Shown here piece by piece: positions 37,867 to 47,229 of a stretch of 64,000 nt of DNA. The stretch's first letter is position 1; every line of letters begins with the position of its first letter. Under the pieces are notes generated by a model that was not told the origin of the DNA, did no database searches, and saw nothing but the letters and a program-made list of their open reading frames with translations. Position numbers and translations under genes: made by a program. This DNA comes from an uncultured Actinomycetes bacterium (lineage in GTDB: Bacteria; Actinomycetota; UBA4738; HRBIN12): assembly GCA_963704885.1 (NCBI GenBank), contig CAVPIB010000001.1, forward strand, positions 64,001 through 128,000, read 5' to 3'.

Positions 37867-38622
37867 ATGCACCAGATCGCGACCGAAGACGACCTGCGGA
37901 TCGGCGAGCTCGCGGAGCGCGCCGGGCTCACCGTTCGTACGCTGCACCACTACGACCAGATCGGGCTCGTGCGGGCCTCGGAGCGGACGGAGGCCGGCCA
38001 CCGGCGCTACTCCGAGGCCGACGTCCGCCGGCTGTACCAGGTCGTGGCGCTCCGCTCCCTCGGCGTGCCGCTCGCGCGGATCGCCCGCGCGCTCGAGGGC
38101 GACGGGTTCACGCTGAAGGACGCGGTCACCGCCCAGCTGGAGGCGGTCGACGCCGAGCTCCTGCACGCGCGGCGCCTGCGACGGCGCCTGGAGCGGATCC
38201 TCGAGGTGCTGGAACGCTCCGACGACCCATCGGTCTCAGAGCTCACGCCGATCATGGAGGTGATGAGGATGCACGAGACGTACTACACGCCCGAACAGCT
38301 CGCGCAGCTCGAAGCACGGCGCGAGGAGGTCGGCGAGGACCAGATCGCGGCCATCGAACGCGAGTGGGCCGAGCTCTCGGCGCAGATGAAGGCCCACCGC
38401 GACGCCGGCACGGATCCGTCCGATCCCGAGGTGCGCGCGCTCGCGGAGCGCTGGGGAGACCTCACCGAACGCACGATCTCAGGCTTCACCGGCGGCGATC
38501 CCGGCATCACCGAGAGCCTCGGCCGCATGTACAAGGAGGAAGGTCCGGAGAAGGCCTCCCGCGGCACCTTCGACGCCGACCTGCTGGAGTACGTGACCCG
38601 CGCTCAGATGGCGGGAGAGTGA
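37867..38622 (+). CDS. MerR-family regulator with TipAS-like C-terminal domain
   Basis: IGELAERAGLTVRTLHHYDQIGL HTH; C-terminal GTDPSDPEVRALAERW...FTGGD. Confidence 0.92.
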   Translation: MHQIATEDDLRIGELAERAGLTVRTLHHYDQIGLVRASERTEAGHRRYSEADVRRLYQVVALRSLGVPLARIARALEGDGFTLKDAVTAQLEAVDAELLHARRLRRRLERILEVLERSDDPSVSELTPIMEVMRMHETYYTPEQLAQLEARREEVGEDQIAAIEREWAELSAQMKAHRDAGTDPSDPEVRALAERWGDLTERTISGFTGGDPGITESLGRMYKEEGPEKASRGTFDADLLEYVTRAQMAGE

Positions 38623-38672
38623 CGCGGCTCACAGACGCGAAGCCCTCGACCACTTAGCATCGTGCAGGCTTC

Positions 38673-38699
38673 TTACATCACCTAGAGGGAGTGATGTAA
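38673..38699. promoter_or_regulatory. Inverted-repeat operator of the RHH-VapC operon
   Basis: Perfect TTACATCAC-N9-GTGATGTAA upstream of the antitoxin. Confidence 0.7.
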
Positions 38700-38709
38700 C
38701 CTGTCGGAT

Positions 38710-38928
38710 GTGAAGCGACTCCAGATCATGATCGACCAGGATCTCGACCAGATCCTCGAACGGATGGCCCTGGAAGAGGGCACGTCGAAGGCCGCGCTGA
38801 TCCGCCGGTTCGTCCGCGAGCGGGTCGCCCCGATGCCCCCCATCGAAGAGGACCCGCTCTGGGAGATGGTCGGCGCCGACAGTTACGACCCCGGCCCTGA
38901 GTCGATCGACGACGTGGTCTATCGGTGA
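38710..38928 (+). CDS. CopG/RHH antitoxin
   Basis: KRLQIMID...SKAALIRRFV; GTGA overlap with the PIN toxin. Confidence 0.85.
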   Translation: MKRLQIMIDQDLDQILERMALEEGTSKAALIRRFVRERVAPMPPIEEDPLWEMVGADSYDPGPESIDDVVYR

Positions 38929-39323
38929 TCTTCGTCGACACGTCGTTCTGGGTGGCGGTTCGGAACGACCGGGACGGCCAACACGCAACGGCGGATAGCC
39001 TCCTCGCGGTCATCGGGGATCAACCGCTCATCACCTCGAACCATGTCAGAGGAGAAACATGGACGTTCCTCAGGCGCAAGGTGGGTCATGCGGGCGCGAT
39101 GGGATTCCTGGATCTCCTTCGACGTTCGCCTCGTCTCCAGGTCGTGCCGATCGACGACGAGCTCGAGGAGCGAGCGTGGTCTTGGTTGGGCAAGCATGAT
39201 GAGCGCTCGTACTCGTTCGTCGACGCGACGAGCTTCGCGTTGATGCGCTCGATGAAGATCAAGGACGCGCTCGCGTTCGACGGCGACTTCTCGTCAGCCG
39301 GCTTCCGTGAGCTCCGTCCCTGA
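38925..39323 (+). CDS. vapC: VapC/PIN toxin
   Basis: IFVDTSFW, SFVDATSF, AFDGDF. Confidence 0.92.
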   Translation: MIFVDTSFWVAVRNDRDGQHATADSLLAVIGDQPLITSNHVRGETWTFLRRKVGHAGAMGFLDLLRRSPRLQVVPIDDELEERAWSWLGKHDERSYSFVDATSFALMRSMKIKDALAFDGDFSSAGFRELRP

Positions 39324-39455
39324 CCTGGCGATGTCGGCTATCGTCGCTCCCGCGAGGCCCTGATCGACGAACACGTCCGTAGCACCAGCCAGGATCGAGT
39401 CACGCCGACACCGCGTGCTCCACTTCGATTGCCTCATCGGCTAAGCTTTAGCCAT

Positions 39456-39800
39456 ATGGACAACGATGTAGAGACGCTTGATCGCGTCTACGGCGCGCTC
39501 TCGGATCCGACGAGGCGATCGATCCTCGTTCACCTCGCCGGCGGGGAGGCCACGGTCGGCGAGGTGGCCGCTCCCTTGCGGATGGCGCTCCCGTCGGTCT
39601 CCAAGCACGTGAAGATCCTCGAGCGCGCCGGACTGGTCTCGCGTCGCGTCGACGGTCGCCGTCACTGGCTGCGCCTGGAACCTGGGACGCTTCACCGGGC
39701 CGACGAGTGGATGGCGTTCTACCGCCCGTTCTGGGAGGCGAGCGTCGATCGCCTTGCCGATGTGGCCTCGGAGCTCGAGCGGGGTCCCGGCGGCCGATGA
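39456..39800 (+). CDS. ArsR/SmtB regulator
   Basis: ALSDPTRRSIL, SVSKHVKILERAGLV. Confidence 0.92.
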   Translation: MDNDVETLDRVYGALSDPTRRSILVHLAGGEATVGEVAAPLRMALPSVSKHVKILERAGLVSRRVDGRRHWLRLEPGTLHRADEWMAFYRPFWEASVDRLADVASELERGPGGR

Positions 39801-40255
39801 CGGCGAACCCGGCCAGCGTGATCCGGATCGACCGGGTGATCCCGGCGGCGATCGAGACCGTCTACCGCGCGATCACGACGCCGGACCTGTTCGAGCGCTG
39901 GATGGGGCCCGAGGGAAGTTCCGTGCACATCACCGAGATGGACGTAACCGTGGGGGGACGGATCGCGTTCCATGTGGACTCGCCCGACGGTCACACCGTC
40001 TCGCTCCACGGCACGTTCCGCGATCTGGAACCACCCGGCCGCATCGTCCACACGTGGGCCGACGCCACGGACGTGGCCGCCGACGTCTCGACGGTGACGT
40101 ACGAGCTCTCTACGGAAGCCGGCGGCACCCGTTTGGTGCTCACCCATGTGGGGGTCCCGGTCGAGGACCGGCAGATGGTCGATGCCGGTTGGGGCCACGT
40201 CCTGGACCGCTTGTCGGGGCTGGCAGGTTCCTTCGAGTCCGATGACGCCCCTTGA
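39797..40255 (+). CDS. SRPBCC (AHSA1-like) protein
   Basis: VYRAITTPDLFERW, PPGRIVHTW, GTRLVLTH, GW; ATGA overlap. Confidence 0.88.
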   Translation: MTANPASVIRIDRVIPAAIETVYRAITTPDLFERWMGPEGSSVHITEMDVTVGGRIAFHVDSPDGHTVSLHGTFRDLEPPGRIVHTWADATDVAADVSTVTYELSTEAGGTRLVLTHVGVPVEDRQMVDAGWGHVLDRLSGLAGSFESDDAP

Positions 40256-40300
40256 CGTTAGTTTCCGGTACGGCTAAACTTTAGCCAGATGGGAAACTAA
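40252..40300 (+). promoter_or_regulatory. Sigma70-type promoter overlapped by a large inverted repeat
   Basis: TTGACG-N17-TAAACT; TTAGTTTCC...CGGCTAAACTTTAGCCA...GGAAACTAA. The core also occurs at 39438-39454. Confidence 0.7.
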
Positions 40301-40318
40301 CTGAAGGGAGGACCCATC

Positions 40319-41074
40319 ATGGGAACGCTCGACGGGAAGGTGGCGCTGGTGACAGGCGCCGGGCAAGGAGTTGGCCGGGGGATCGCCCTGGCGCTCGCCG
40401 CCGAAGGGGCGATGGTGTCATTGATCGGACGGAACCGGGGACCACTGGAAGCGGTGGCCTCCGAGATCGGCGAGCGGGGCGGGAAGGCCATCTGCGTGGT
40501 CTCCGACGTTACCGACGTCGCTCAGGTGGAGGCCGCTGTGGCCGAAACGGTCGCCGATCTGGGAACGCTCGACGTGGTCGTGAACAACGCCCAGACGTAC
40601 GCGTTCGGCGGGGTCGCAGACATGGATCTGTCGGCCGTCGAGGAGGGGTGGCAGAGCGGCCCGATGGGCACCCTCCGCATGATGCGCGCGGCGCTCCCCC
40701 ACCTGCGGGACGGCGGGGCGGTGGTGAACGTCTCATCGGGGGTGACGTCCGATGGCGACGCGGCGGGCACGGGAGCCTACGCAGCCGCGAAGGCTGCGAT
40801 CGAAGCGCTGTCACGGGCCGCGGCGATGGAGTGGGCGGCCGAAGGGGTGCGCGTCAACGTGTTGGTCCCCTTCGTCAGGAGCCCGTCGGTGGAGGCCGTC
40901 CTTTCGTCCGCACCGGGGATCGAGGAGCATGTGTTGTCCCAGGTCCCTCTTGGAAGGTGGGGCGACGCGGAGGGAGACGCCGGCCGAGCGGTGGCGTTCC
41001 TCTGCGGTCCGGACGCGTCCTTCATCACCGGCACGACCCTCGTCGTCGACGGAGGTAGCACCTATCTCCGTTGA
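40319..41074 (+). CDS. Short-chain dehydrogenase/reductase
   Basis: TGAGQGVG, NNA, YAAAK, VDGG. Confidence 0.93.
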   Translation: MGTLDGKVALVTGAGQGVGRGIALALAAEGAMVSLIGRNRGPLEAVASEIGERGGKAICVVSDVTDVAQVEAAVAETVADLGTLDVVVNNAQTYAFGGVADMDLSAVEEGWQSGPMGTLRMMRAALPHLRDGGAVVNVSSGVTSDGDAAGTGAYAAAKAAIEALSRAAAMEWAAEGVRVNVLVPFVRSPSVEAVLSSAPGIEEHVLSQVPLGRWGDAEGDAGRAVAFLCGPDASFITGTTLVVDGGSTYLR

Positions 41075-41080
41075 GTCGCA

Positions 41081-41121
41081 GAAGCCCCCGGGTGCCCTCC
41101 TCGAAGGGACCCGGGGGCTTC
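41081..41121. terminator. GC-rich hairpin after the SDR gene
   Basis: GAAGCCCCCGGGT...ACCCGGGGGCTTC inverted repeat; no U-tract. Confidence 0.7.
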
Positions 41122-41128
41122 CTCGCCT

Positions 41129-41414
41129 AGCTCCTTCACGCGCGGCGCCTACGACGGCGCCTGGAGCGGATCCTCGAGGTGCTGGAACGCTCCGACGACC
41201 CATCGGTCTCAGAGCTCACGCAGATCATGGAGCTGACTCAGATGCACGAGACGTACTACTCGCCCGAACAGCTCGCGGAGCTCGAAGCACGGCACCGGCA
41301 TCACCCAGAGCCTCGGCTGCATACAGGGAGGAAGGTCCGGAGGAAGCCTCACGCGGAACCTCCGACGCCGACCTGCTGGAGTACGTGACCCGCGCGCACA
41401 CCGCCGATGACTGA
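41129..41414 (+). pseudogene. Degenerate partial duplicate of the merR 3' region
   Basis: 41129-41293 closely matches 38156-38320 and 41295-41398 matches 38501-38606; about 180 bp deleted internally. Confidence 0.9.
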
Positions 41415-41477
41415 AGGGCCTGGGTGGTGGTGACCAGGATCTCCGACACCCAGGCCCGGAGTTGATAGCGTGAACCG

Positions 41478-41897
41478 ATGACGGTTCGCCGCGTCGTCGT
41501 CGATCACGTGCTCTTCGTCGTGGCAGACCTGGACGCGAGCCGGGGGCTCTATACAGCCGCCCTCGCACCGCTCGGTTACGAGGAACTCTACGTTCAGGAT
41601 GACTGTGTCAGCTACGGGGCCGAGGACCTGGACGACTTCACGATCTGCCAAGGGGAGCCCATGACCACAGCGGCTCATGTTGCGTTCTCCGCCGAGGATC
41701 GCGACGCCGTGGATGCATTCTTCGCGGCCGCCGTTGCCAACGGCGCGACCGTCCGCGGCGAGCCCGGGGCCTGGACGCAGTACTCCGAGCGGTATTACGC
41801 GGCATTCGTCAACGACTTGCATCAGAACAACGTCGAGGCCGTGTGGCACGCGCCCGAGCCGGTCGTCGACGCGCCTCGTCGTCCCGGCGTTCCCTGA
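41478..41897 (+). CDS. VOC/glyoxalase family protein
   Basis: DHV, HVAFSAEDRDAVDAF, YYAAFVND, NVEAV. Confidence 0.9.
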   Translation: MTVRRVVVDHVLFVVADLDASRGLYTAALAPLGYEELYVQDDCVSYGAEDLDDFTICQGEPMTTAAHVAFSAEDRDAVDAFFAAAVANGATVRGEPGAWTQYSERYYAAFVNDLHQNNVEAVWHAPEPVVDAPRRPGVP

Positions 41898-42077
41898 TCC
41901 GGAGCAGAAACACCGAGCCTGCGGTGACACGCAACGGTCGAAGACCGGCTAGCCTAACTTCGTCCCGCCCTGTGTGGACCCGGAGCCCCGGGCCAGCGCT
42001 AGGATCAGCTCCTCAGCCCGCCTGACCTTCCGCCCCGCCGCCGGCCCTGGTTCGAACCCTGCTCCGACCTGGCGGCG

Positions 42078-42743
42078 TTAGGAGCGAGACCGTGGCCTGG
42101 CCGCGACGAAGAGGGCCGCAGAACCGACGACGTCGACATCCACGGCGCTGAAGGACATCTCCAGGATGCGGCGGAGCCCCTCAGCCGTGTCGTCCACGTT
42201 GTCGAAGCCCCCTTGCTTGTTGGCTGCTCGCAGGAACGCACGCGCGGGCTTCGTGTGGTTGCTCTGGAGGCCGAGGACCGTCCCACCGAAGAGGACCCCC
42301 TCCGGGCTGAGGACATCCGCGATGTTCCTCACGGCGACCGCCTTGTTCTCCTCGGGCCCGCGAAGGCAGTGAAGTACGAAGCTGAGTGCCGCGGAGTCGA
42401 ACGGTCCGTCGACCGGGAGCGGCTTCATGACGTCGGCCTCAACGGTGATCGGATGCCGTTCCTCGAGTCGCTTCGCCACGTGGCGAAGCACGGTCTGATT
42501 GGGGTCCAGCAGCGTGATCTCCGTGTCGCGGGGCGGGTCCGCCTTCTCGATGAAGTAGCCGGTCCCAGGCCCAACGTCGAGGTGCCGGTGCCCCATGTGC
42601 TGTCGATATCTGTCGACGCCCAGCGCTACGGGAACCTTCCAGACCGCCTTCGTCATGAACTTCAGCACCCACACGTCGTAGATCGCGAGCATCGCCGCGT
42701 TGTACCCGGACTGCCCCTTGTACGACGGATCAGACTTGTCCAT
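42078..42743 (-). CDS. Class I SAM-dependent methyltransferase
   Basis: HLDVGPGTG, FDS, FVLHCL. Confidence 0.88.
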   Translation of the reverse strand: MDKSDPSYKGQSGYNAAMLAIYDVWVLKFMTKAVWKVPVALGVDRYRQHMGHRHLDVGPGTGYFIEKADPPRDTEITLLDPNQTVLRHVAKRLEERHPITVEADVMKPLPVDGPFDSAALSFVLHCLRGPEENKAVAVRNIADVLSPEGVLFGGTVLGLQSNHTKPARAFLRAANKQGGFDNVDDTAEGLRRILEMSFSAVDVDVVGSAALFVAARPRSRS

Positions 42744-42800
42744 GCCGAGAAGCATCCCATGCGGATCCGCGGTCCTGGCTCGCTCGGTACCGTGGAGCGT

Positions 42801-43369
42801 ATGGAGAAAGCACCAGGCCTCGGACGGTCGTTCTCGTCGAAGGGGTGAGTGACCAGCGCGCGCTCGAGGCGCTGGCCGAGCGCGGTGGCCGCGATCTCGC
42901 CGCCGCAGGTGTGTCCGTCGTGCCGATCGGGGGCTCGAAGAACATCGGACGCTTCCTGGACCACTACGGTCCGCACGGACTAGACGTCGGCCTGGCAGGG
43001 CTCTGTGACGCCGCGGAGGAAGGGGACTTCCGCCGTGGTCTCGAGCGGGCCGGCCTCGGCGCCAACCTCAGCCGCGGAGAGATGGAGACCCTCGGGTTCT
43101 TCGTATGCGTCGAGGACCTGGAGGACGAGCTGATCCGGGCCCTCGGTACCGACGCCGTGGAGCGGGTCGTCGAGACACAAGGCGAGCTCGACGCCTTCCG
43201 CACCCTCCAACGCCAGCCGGAATGGCGAGGACGGACCGATGAGGAACGGTTCCGGCGTTTCTTCGGCACATACAGAGGCCGCAAGATCCGATCCGCGTCC
43301 GCGCTGGTCGATGCGTTGGATCTCACGCGCGTGCCCCTGCCGCTGGACACGCTACTGGCTCACGTCTAA
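42801..43369 (+). CDS. Stand-alone OLD-type TOPRIM domain protein (probable 5' frameshift)
   Basis: TVVLVEGVSD lies in frame upstream of the track start; VVPIGG, GLCD, DLEDEL. The nearest ATG (42801) is out of frame. Confidence 0.75.
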
Positions 43370-43484
43370 GTTCCGGCTGACATCCTCTCTTAGATAGGCC
43401 AACGGCCCTTCCATTCTTTTTGGCGAGCTCTTGGAGAAGGCTGGAGGCTGTGGCAGACTGCTAGATAGCGAAACTCATGTTCCC

Positions 43485-43509
43485 TTATCTAACGGTCGAG
43501 GATAGATAA
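43485..43509. promoter_or_regulatory. Inverted repeat upstream of fic
   Basis: TTATCTA-N11-TAGATAA, with further TAGATAG half-sites at 43391 and 43462. Confidence 0.5.
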
Positions 43510-43511
43510 CG

Positions 43512-44666
43512 ATGCCGAGCACCCGAGCAGGTCGATCGGAGCTTCAGCCGGAGGGCTATCGGGCGTTCGTCCCTGCACCGCTCCCACCTGCGGATCTCCG
43601 GATCGACGAGTCTCTTCAGGCCTTGCTCTCCCAAGCGGACCAAGCGCTCGGCCGGCTCGACGGTGCGGTGAAGCTGGTTCCCAACCCTGACCTGTTCGTC
43701 CTCATGTACGTGCGGAGAGAGGCGGTCCTGTCGAGCCAGATCGAGGGAACGCAGGCTTCCCTGATGGACATCCTCGAGTACGAGGCGGCGATGGAGAAAG
43801 GGGAACGAAGGGTCGACGTCGTCGAGATCAGCAACTACGTGGCGGCCATGAACTACGGACTCGCACGCTTGGCCGAACTTCCCTTGTCCAGACGACTCAT
43901 CTCCGAGGTCCACGCGGTCCTGATGGAAGGAGTGCGAGGAGGGGAACCGGACAAGACGCCGGGAGAGTTCCGCCGTTCTCAGAACTGGATCGGTGGAGCC
44001 TCACCCGCGACCGCGCGGTTCGTTCCACCACCGTGGAAGGCCGCCGAGGAAGCCTTCAGCGACCTTGAGCGCTTCCTCCACGATCCAACACCGATGCCGT
44101 CCCTCATCAAGATCGGCCTCGCACATGCGCAGTTCGAAACGATCCATCCATTCCTCGACGGGAACGGTCGGACCGGAAGGCTCCTGATCACGTTCTGGCT
44201 CACGGAGCAGGGCATCCTGAGCCGACCGCTCCTGTATCCGTCGCTCTTCTTCAAGGAGCACCGCGATGAATACATCGATCGGCTCCAGGCGATCCGCGAC
44301 GACGGGGATTGGGAGTCCTGGTTGGCGTTCTTCGTGGACGGTGTTCGCCACGTGGCCACCGAGGCGACCGAGCGAGCGGTGGCCATCGTCGAGCTCCGTC
44401 GCGAGCACGAAGAGTTGATCCGAGCGAATCTCGGGAAGCGCACCCCGAACGCCCTCGGAGCCCTCGACTATCTCTTCCGGCAGCCCGTGGTGAGCGCGAA
44501 GCTGCTGGAGTCGGCCCTCCACGTTTCGCAACCCACCGCTGCTGCTTTGGTGCGCGAGCTGACCCGGATAGGGGTGCTTCGCGAGCTAACGGGAAAGCGA
44601 CGGAATCGGTTGTTCGGATACACGAGGTACCTCGACCTGTTCCCAGGCGCTCGGTCCCGCGAGTAG
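43512..44666 (+). CDS. Fic family protein with C-terminal HTH
   Basis: HPFLDGNGRTGR active motif; SSQIEG inhibitory-helix motif. Confidence 0.93.
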   Translation: MPSTRAGRSELQPEGYRAFVPAPLPPADLRIDESLQALLSQADQALGRLDGAVKLVPNPDLFVLMYVRREAVLSSQIEGTQASLMDILEYEAAMEKGERRVDVVEISNYVAAMNYGLARLAELPLSRRLISEVHAVLMEGVRGGEPDKTPGEFRRSQNWIGGASPATARFVPPPWKAAEEAFSDLERFLHDPTPMPSLIKIGLAHAQFETIHPFLDGNGRTGRLLITFWLTEQGILSRPLLYPSLFFKEHRDEYIDRLQAIRDDGDWESWLAFFVDGVRHVATEATERAVAIVELRREHEELIRANLGKRTPNALGALDYLFRQPVVSAKLLESALHVSQPTAAALVRELTRIGVLRELTGKRRNRLFGYTRYLDLFPGARSRE

Positions 44667-44704
44667 CCGCGCTCGCCCTGCTCGCGGCGGGTTCCGCTCT
44701 CCCG

Positions 44705-45031
44705 CTAAAGCTGGCGGACAGGCATGGGCGGGGGCGGCGCCGAGAAGTCCATCGGATGGATGTCCTCGATCGCCGACCGGAACCACATGTCGAACTCGTT
44801 GTCCGAGGTGGCCACCTTGCCAAGGAACGTCGATGCCCCCGGACCGTCGATCACGACGACCGCGAGGTCAGAGCCGTCCGGGTTCGCCTGGTGCCACGTG
44901 CCGTGCGTGGTCAGCCCGAGTCGCTGGTTCATGTCGTCGAACTCCGCCTTGCGGGCTCCGGTCAGCTCGCCGCACCACGACTTCCACGTCTCGAGCTTGC
45001 CCGGTTTGATCGGTACGGCCATGGCTTCCAT
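44705..45031 (-). CDS. Hypothetical dimeric alpha/beta-barrel-like protein
   Basis: 108 aa MEAMAVPIKPGKLETWKSW..., SD GGAG upstream. Confidence 0.7.
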   Translation of the reverse strand: MEAMAVPIKPGKLETWKSWCGELTGARKAEFDDMNQRLGLTTHGTWHQANPDGSDLAVVVIDGPGASTFLGKVATSDNEFDMWFRSAIEDIHPMDFSAPPPPMPVRQL

Positions 45032-45070
45032 AAGTCTCTCCGCTCCATCGGTTGCTTCGCACACTACAGG

Positions 45071-45110
45071 GGATGCACGAGACGTACTCCACGCCCGAAC
45101 AGCTCGCACA
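45071..45110 (+). repeat. Short relic of the merR internal region
   Basis: GGATGCACGAGACGTACTCCACGCCCGAACAGCTCGCACA matches 38267-38306 with few mismatches. Confidence 0.85.
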
Positions 45111-45261
45111 TCGGAGCCCGGCCGAAGCCGGGCTCCGAGCGGTGCCGGGGTCGAGGAAGAACTGCCCGACACGGACAACCCGAGCAGGTGAACCTCCATC
45201 CACCAAGGAGACACGGGTTTCGCCAGGAGAGGCGAAGAGGTCTTGAACCCTTGACGATGAG

Positions 45262-45348
45262 GCCTACCCGCTCGCGGAAACGGCCGAGGGTTTGGGCTAC
45301 GTGGAACAGGGGCACGCGCGCGGCAAGGTCGTCATCAACGTGGCGTGA
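45262..45348 (+). pseudogene. 3' remnant of an MDR/NAD(P)-dependent alcohol dehydrogenase
   Basis: AYPLAETAEGLGYVEQGHARGKVVINVA* with no 5' part of the gene. Confidence 0.7.
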
Positions 45349-45466
45349 GACCGCGCCCCTCACCCTAGGGTCCTCTGGTCAGCAAGTTCCGAGCCGTCCG
45401 CCCCTGGCCGGGTCCGAGGTAGATCAACGAGTCTGGGGATGCGTCCTCCGAGGGAGGTGGCTAGTC

Positions 45467-46006
45467 ATGTGGAGAACCATCGCGATGCTCGTCGTCGGCC
45501 TGGTGATCGTGGCCGTGGCGATCGGGATCGTCTTCTTCTTCGGGATGCGGACGAAGACCCCGCTCGTGCTCAACACCGTTCGCCGCTTCAACCGGGCCAT
45601 AGGGAACCCGCACCAGATGAAGACAGCCGGGACGCCGGGCGCGTATGCCTCGGTGATTCGACACGTCGGCCGGAAGACGGGACGATCGTACGAAACGCCG
45701 GTGGTGGCCTTCTCGACCGACGACGGGTTCGTGATCGCACTGCCCTACGGGTCGGCTACGGACTGGCTCAAGAACGTGCTCGCGAGCGGATCCGCCAACA
45801 TCGTGAACGAAGGGGACACGTGGCTGATCGATCAGCCGGAGCTCGTTCCAACAGCCGTGGCCGCGCCGTACCTGCCGGTAAAGGAGCAAAGGGGACTTCG
45901 CCGGTTCGCCGTCGACCAGTGCCTCCGGGTTCACCGCCTGGAACCTGACGAGTCCGAGCTACCTGCTGGATCCAGGCGGTTTCGCCGTGTCGGTGCCCGC
46001 CTCTAG
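45467..46006 (+). CDS. Deazaflavin (F420)-dependent nitroreductase family protein
   Basis: HVGRKTGRSYETPV and DWLKNVLA; N-terminal TM helix. Confidence 0.85.
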   Translation: MWRTIAMLVVGLVIVAVAIGIVFFFGMRTKTPLVLNTVRRFNRAIGNPHQMKTAGTPGAYASVIRHVGRKTGRSYETPVVAFSTDDGFVIALPYGSATDWLKNVLASGSANIVNEGDTWLIDQPELVPTAVAAPYLPVKEQRGLRRFAVDQCLRVHRLEPDESELPAGSRRFRRVGARL

Positions 46007-46015
46007 GGTCGGCGC

Positions 46016-46726
46016 ATGACGAGTGCACCGCTCATCTTGGTCCCCGGGTTCTGGCTAGGAGCGTGGGCGTGGGACGAGGTCGCGGCCACGTTGCGAGCAG
46101 ACGGCCACGACGTCACCGCGTTGACGCTGCCCGGTCTCGAGTCGCCCGATGAGGACCGGTCCGCGATCACGCTGTCCGACCACGTCGACGCGATCTGCCA
46201 GGCAGTTCAGGCGGCGAGTGTTCCGGTCCTGCTCGCCGTCCACAGCGGCGCGGGGTTCTCCGGTTACGCGGCGAGCGATCGCGTTCCGGACCAGATAGCG
46301 GCCATGGTCTACGTCGACTCCGCCCCCGGCGTCAGCCCCCTGGATCCCGGGTTCGACGCCGACGAGAAGCCCCTGAACTGGGAGGAGCTCGCTGCGGAGG
46401 AGAACCTCGAGGGGCTCACGGAGGAGCAGCTCGAGACGTTCCGACGTCGCGCCGTGCCCGAGCCGGGCGCCGTGCTACGTGAGGCGATCGAGCTGACCAA
46501 CGACGCCCGGCTCGACATCCCGAGCACGATGATCTGCACTGGGTACACGTCCGAGCAGTACAAGGACGCGGTCAAGGAGGGCTACGCCTGGCTCGCGGGT
46601 CTCACCGAGCTCCGCGACGTTTCCTGGATCGACCTGCCGACGAGCCACTGGCCGATGTGGTCGCGTCGACAGGAGGTTGCCCAGATCATCGGCGACGTAG
46701 CGAATGCGCACGCCCCCGGGGCATAG
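46016..46726 (+). CDS. Alpha/beta hydrolase
   Basis: PGFWLGAWAW, VHSGAG, SHWPM. Confidence 0.9.
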   Translation: MTSAPLILVPGFWLGAWAWDEVAATLRADGHDVTALTLPGLESPDEDRSAITLSDHVDAICQAVQAASVPVLLAVHSGAGFSGYAASDRVPDQIAAMVYVDSAPGVSPLDPGFDADEKPLNWEELAAEENLEGLTEEQLETFRRRAVPEPGAVLREAIELTNDARLDIPSTMICTGYTSEQYKDAVKEGYAWLAGLTELRDVSWIDLPTSHWPMWSRRQEVAQIIGDVANAHAPGA

Positions 46727-46737
46727 CGATACCACGC

Positions 46738-47229
46738 CTACCCGCGCATCGCGCCAGTGAGTCGCGCGATCTGCTTCAGGTGTGGCCGTTCGTGACGCGC
46801 GATCCGCCAGGCCTGGGAGAGCACGGTCCGTTCGAGCGGCTTCCCCGCCCCCGTGAACGTCGCCCCGCGGGCCCAGCCGCCCGTCGTCAGCGGCTCGAGG
46901 ATCCCCAAGAGCTCGTCGCGTTGCCGCGTATATGCGCGGAGCGACGGCCGGAACGCGCGTTCGGGATAGTCCGTGTTGCCGATCCACGTCGTGGGGTTGA
47001 CGGCGCTGATCGTCGGATGATCCTCGCTCAGCATCCTCGCGATGCTGCCGCCCCACATGTCGGAGCATGCCCGGAGATGGGCGAGCACGTCGTTCGCGGA
47101 CCACTCATCGGGAGCGGGCCTGGTCTTCAGCTCGACGGGCGTAAGTCCAGCTGTCAGACCAGCCAGCCCCGGTGGCAACTCCGCGAGCATGGCGAGCACC
47201 TGGTCGACGGTGGGTTCGCTCCTCATCAT
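46738..47229 (-). CDS. DinB family protein
   Basis: WSANDVLAHL and HERPH. Confidence 0.88.
   Translation of the reverse strand: MMRSEPTVDQVLAMLAELPPGLAGLTAGLTPVELKTRPAPDEWSANDVLAHLRACSDMWGGSIARMLSEDHPTISAVNPTTWIGNTDYPERAFRPSLRAYTRQRDELLGILEPLTTGGWARGATFTGAGKPLERTVLSQAWRIARHERPHLKQIARLTGAMRG

Noticed and set aside
42044-42065. GGTTCGAACCC tRNA T-loop-like motif
   Set aside because: The flanks do not form a T-stem or cloverleaf.
44309-46006. 565-aa ORF spanning fic to the nitroreductase
   Set aside because: Only the last 179 aa (from ATG 45467) are protein-like; the rest overlaps other genes and scars.
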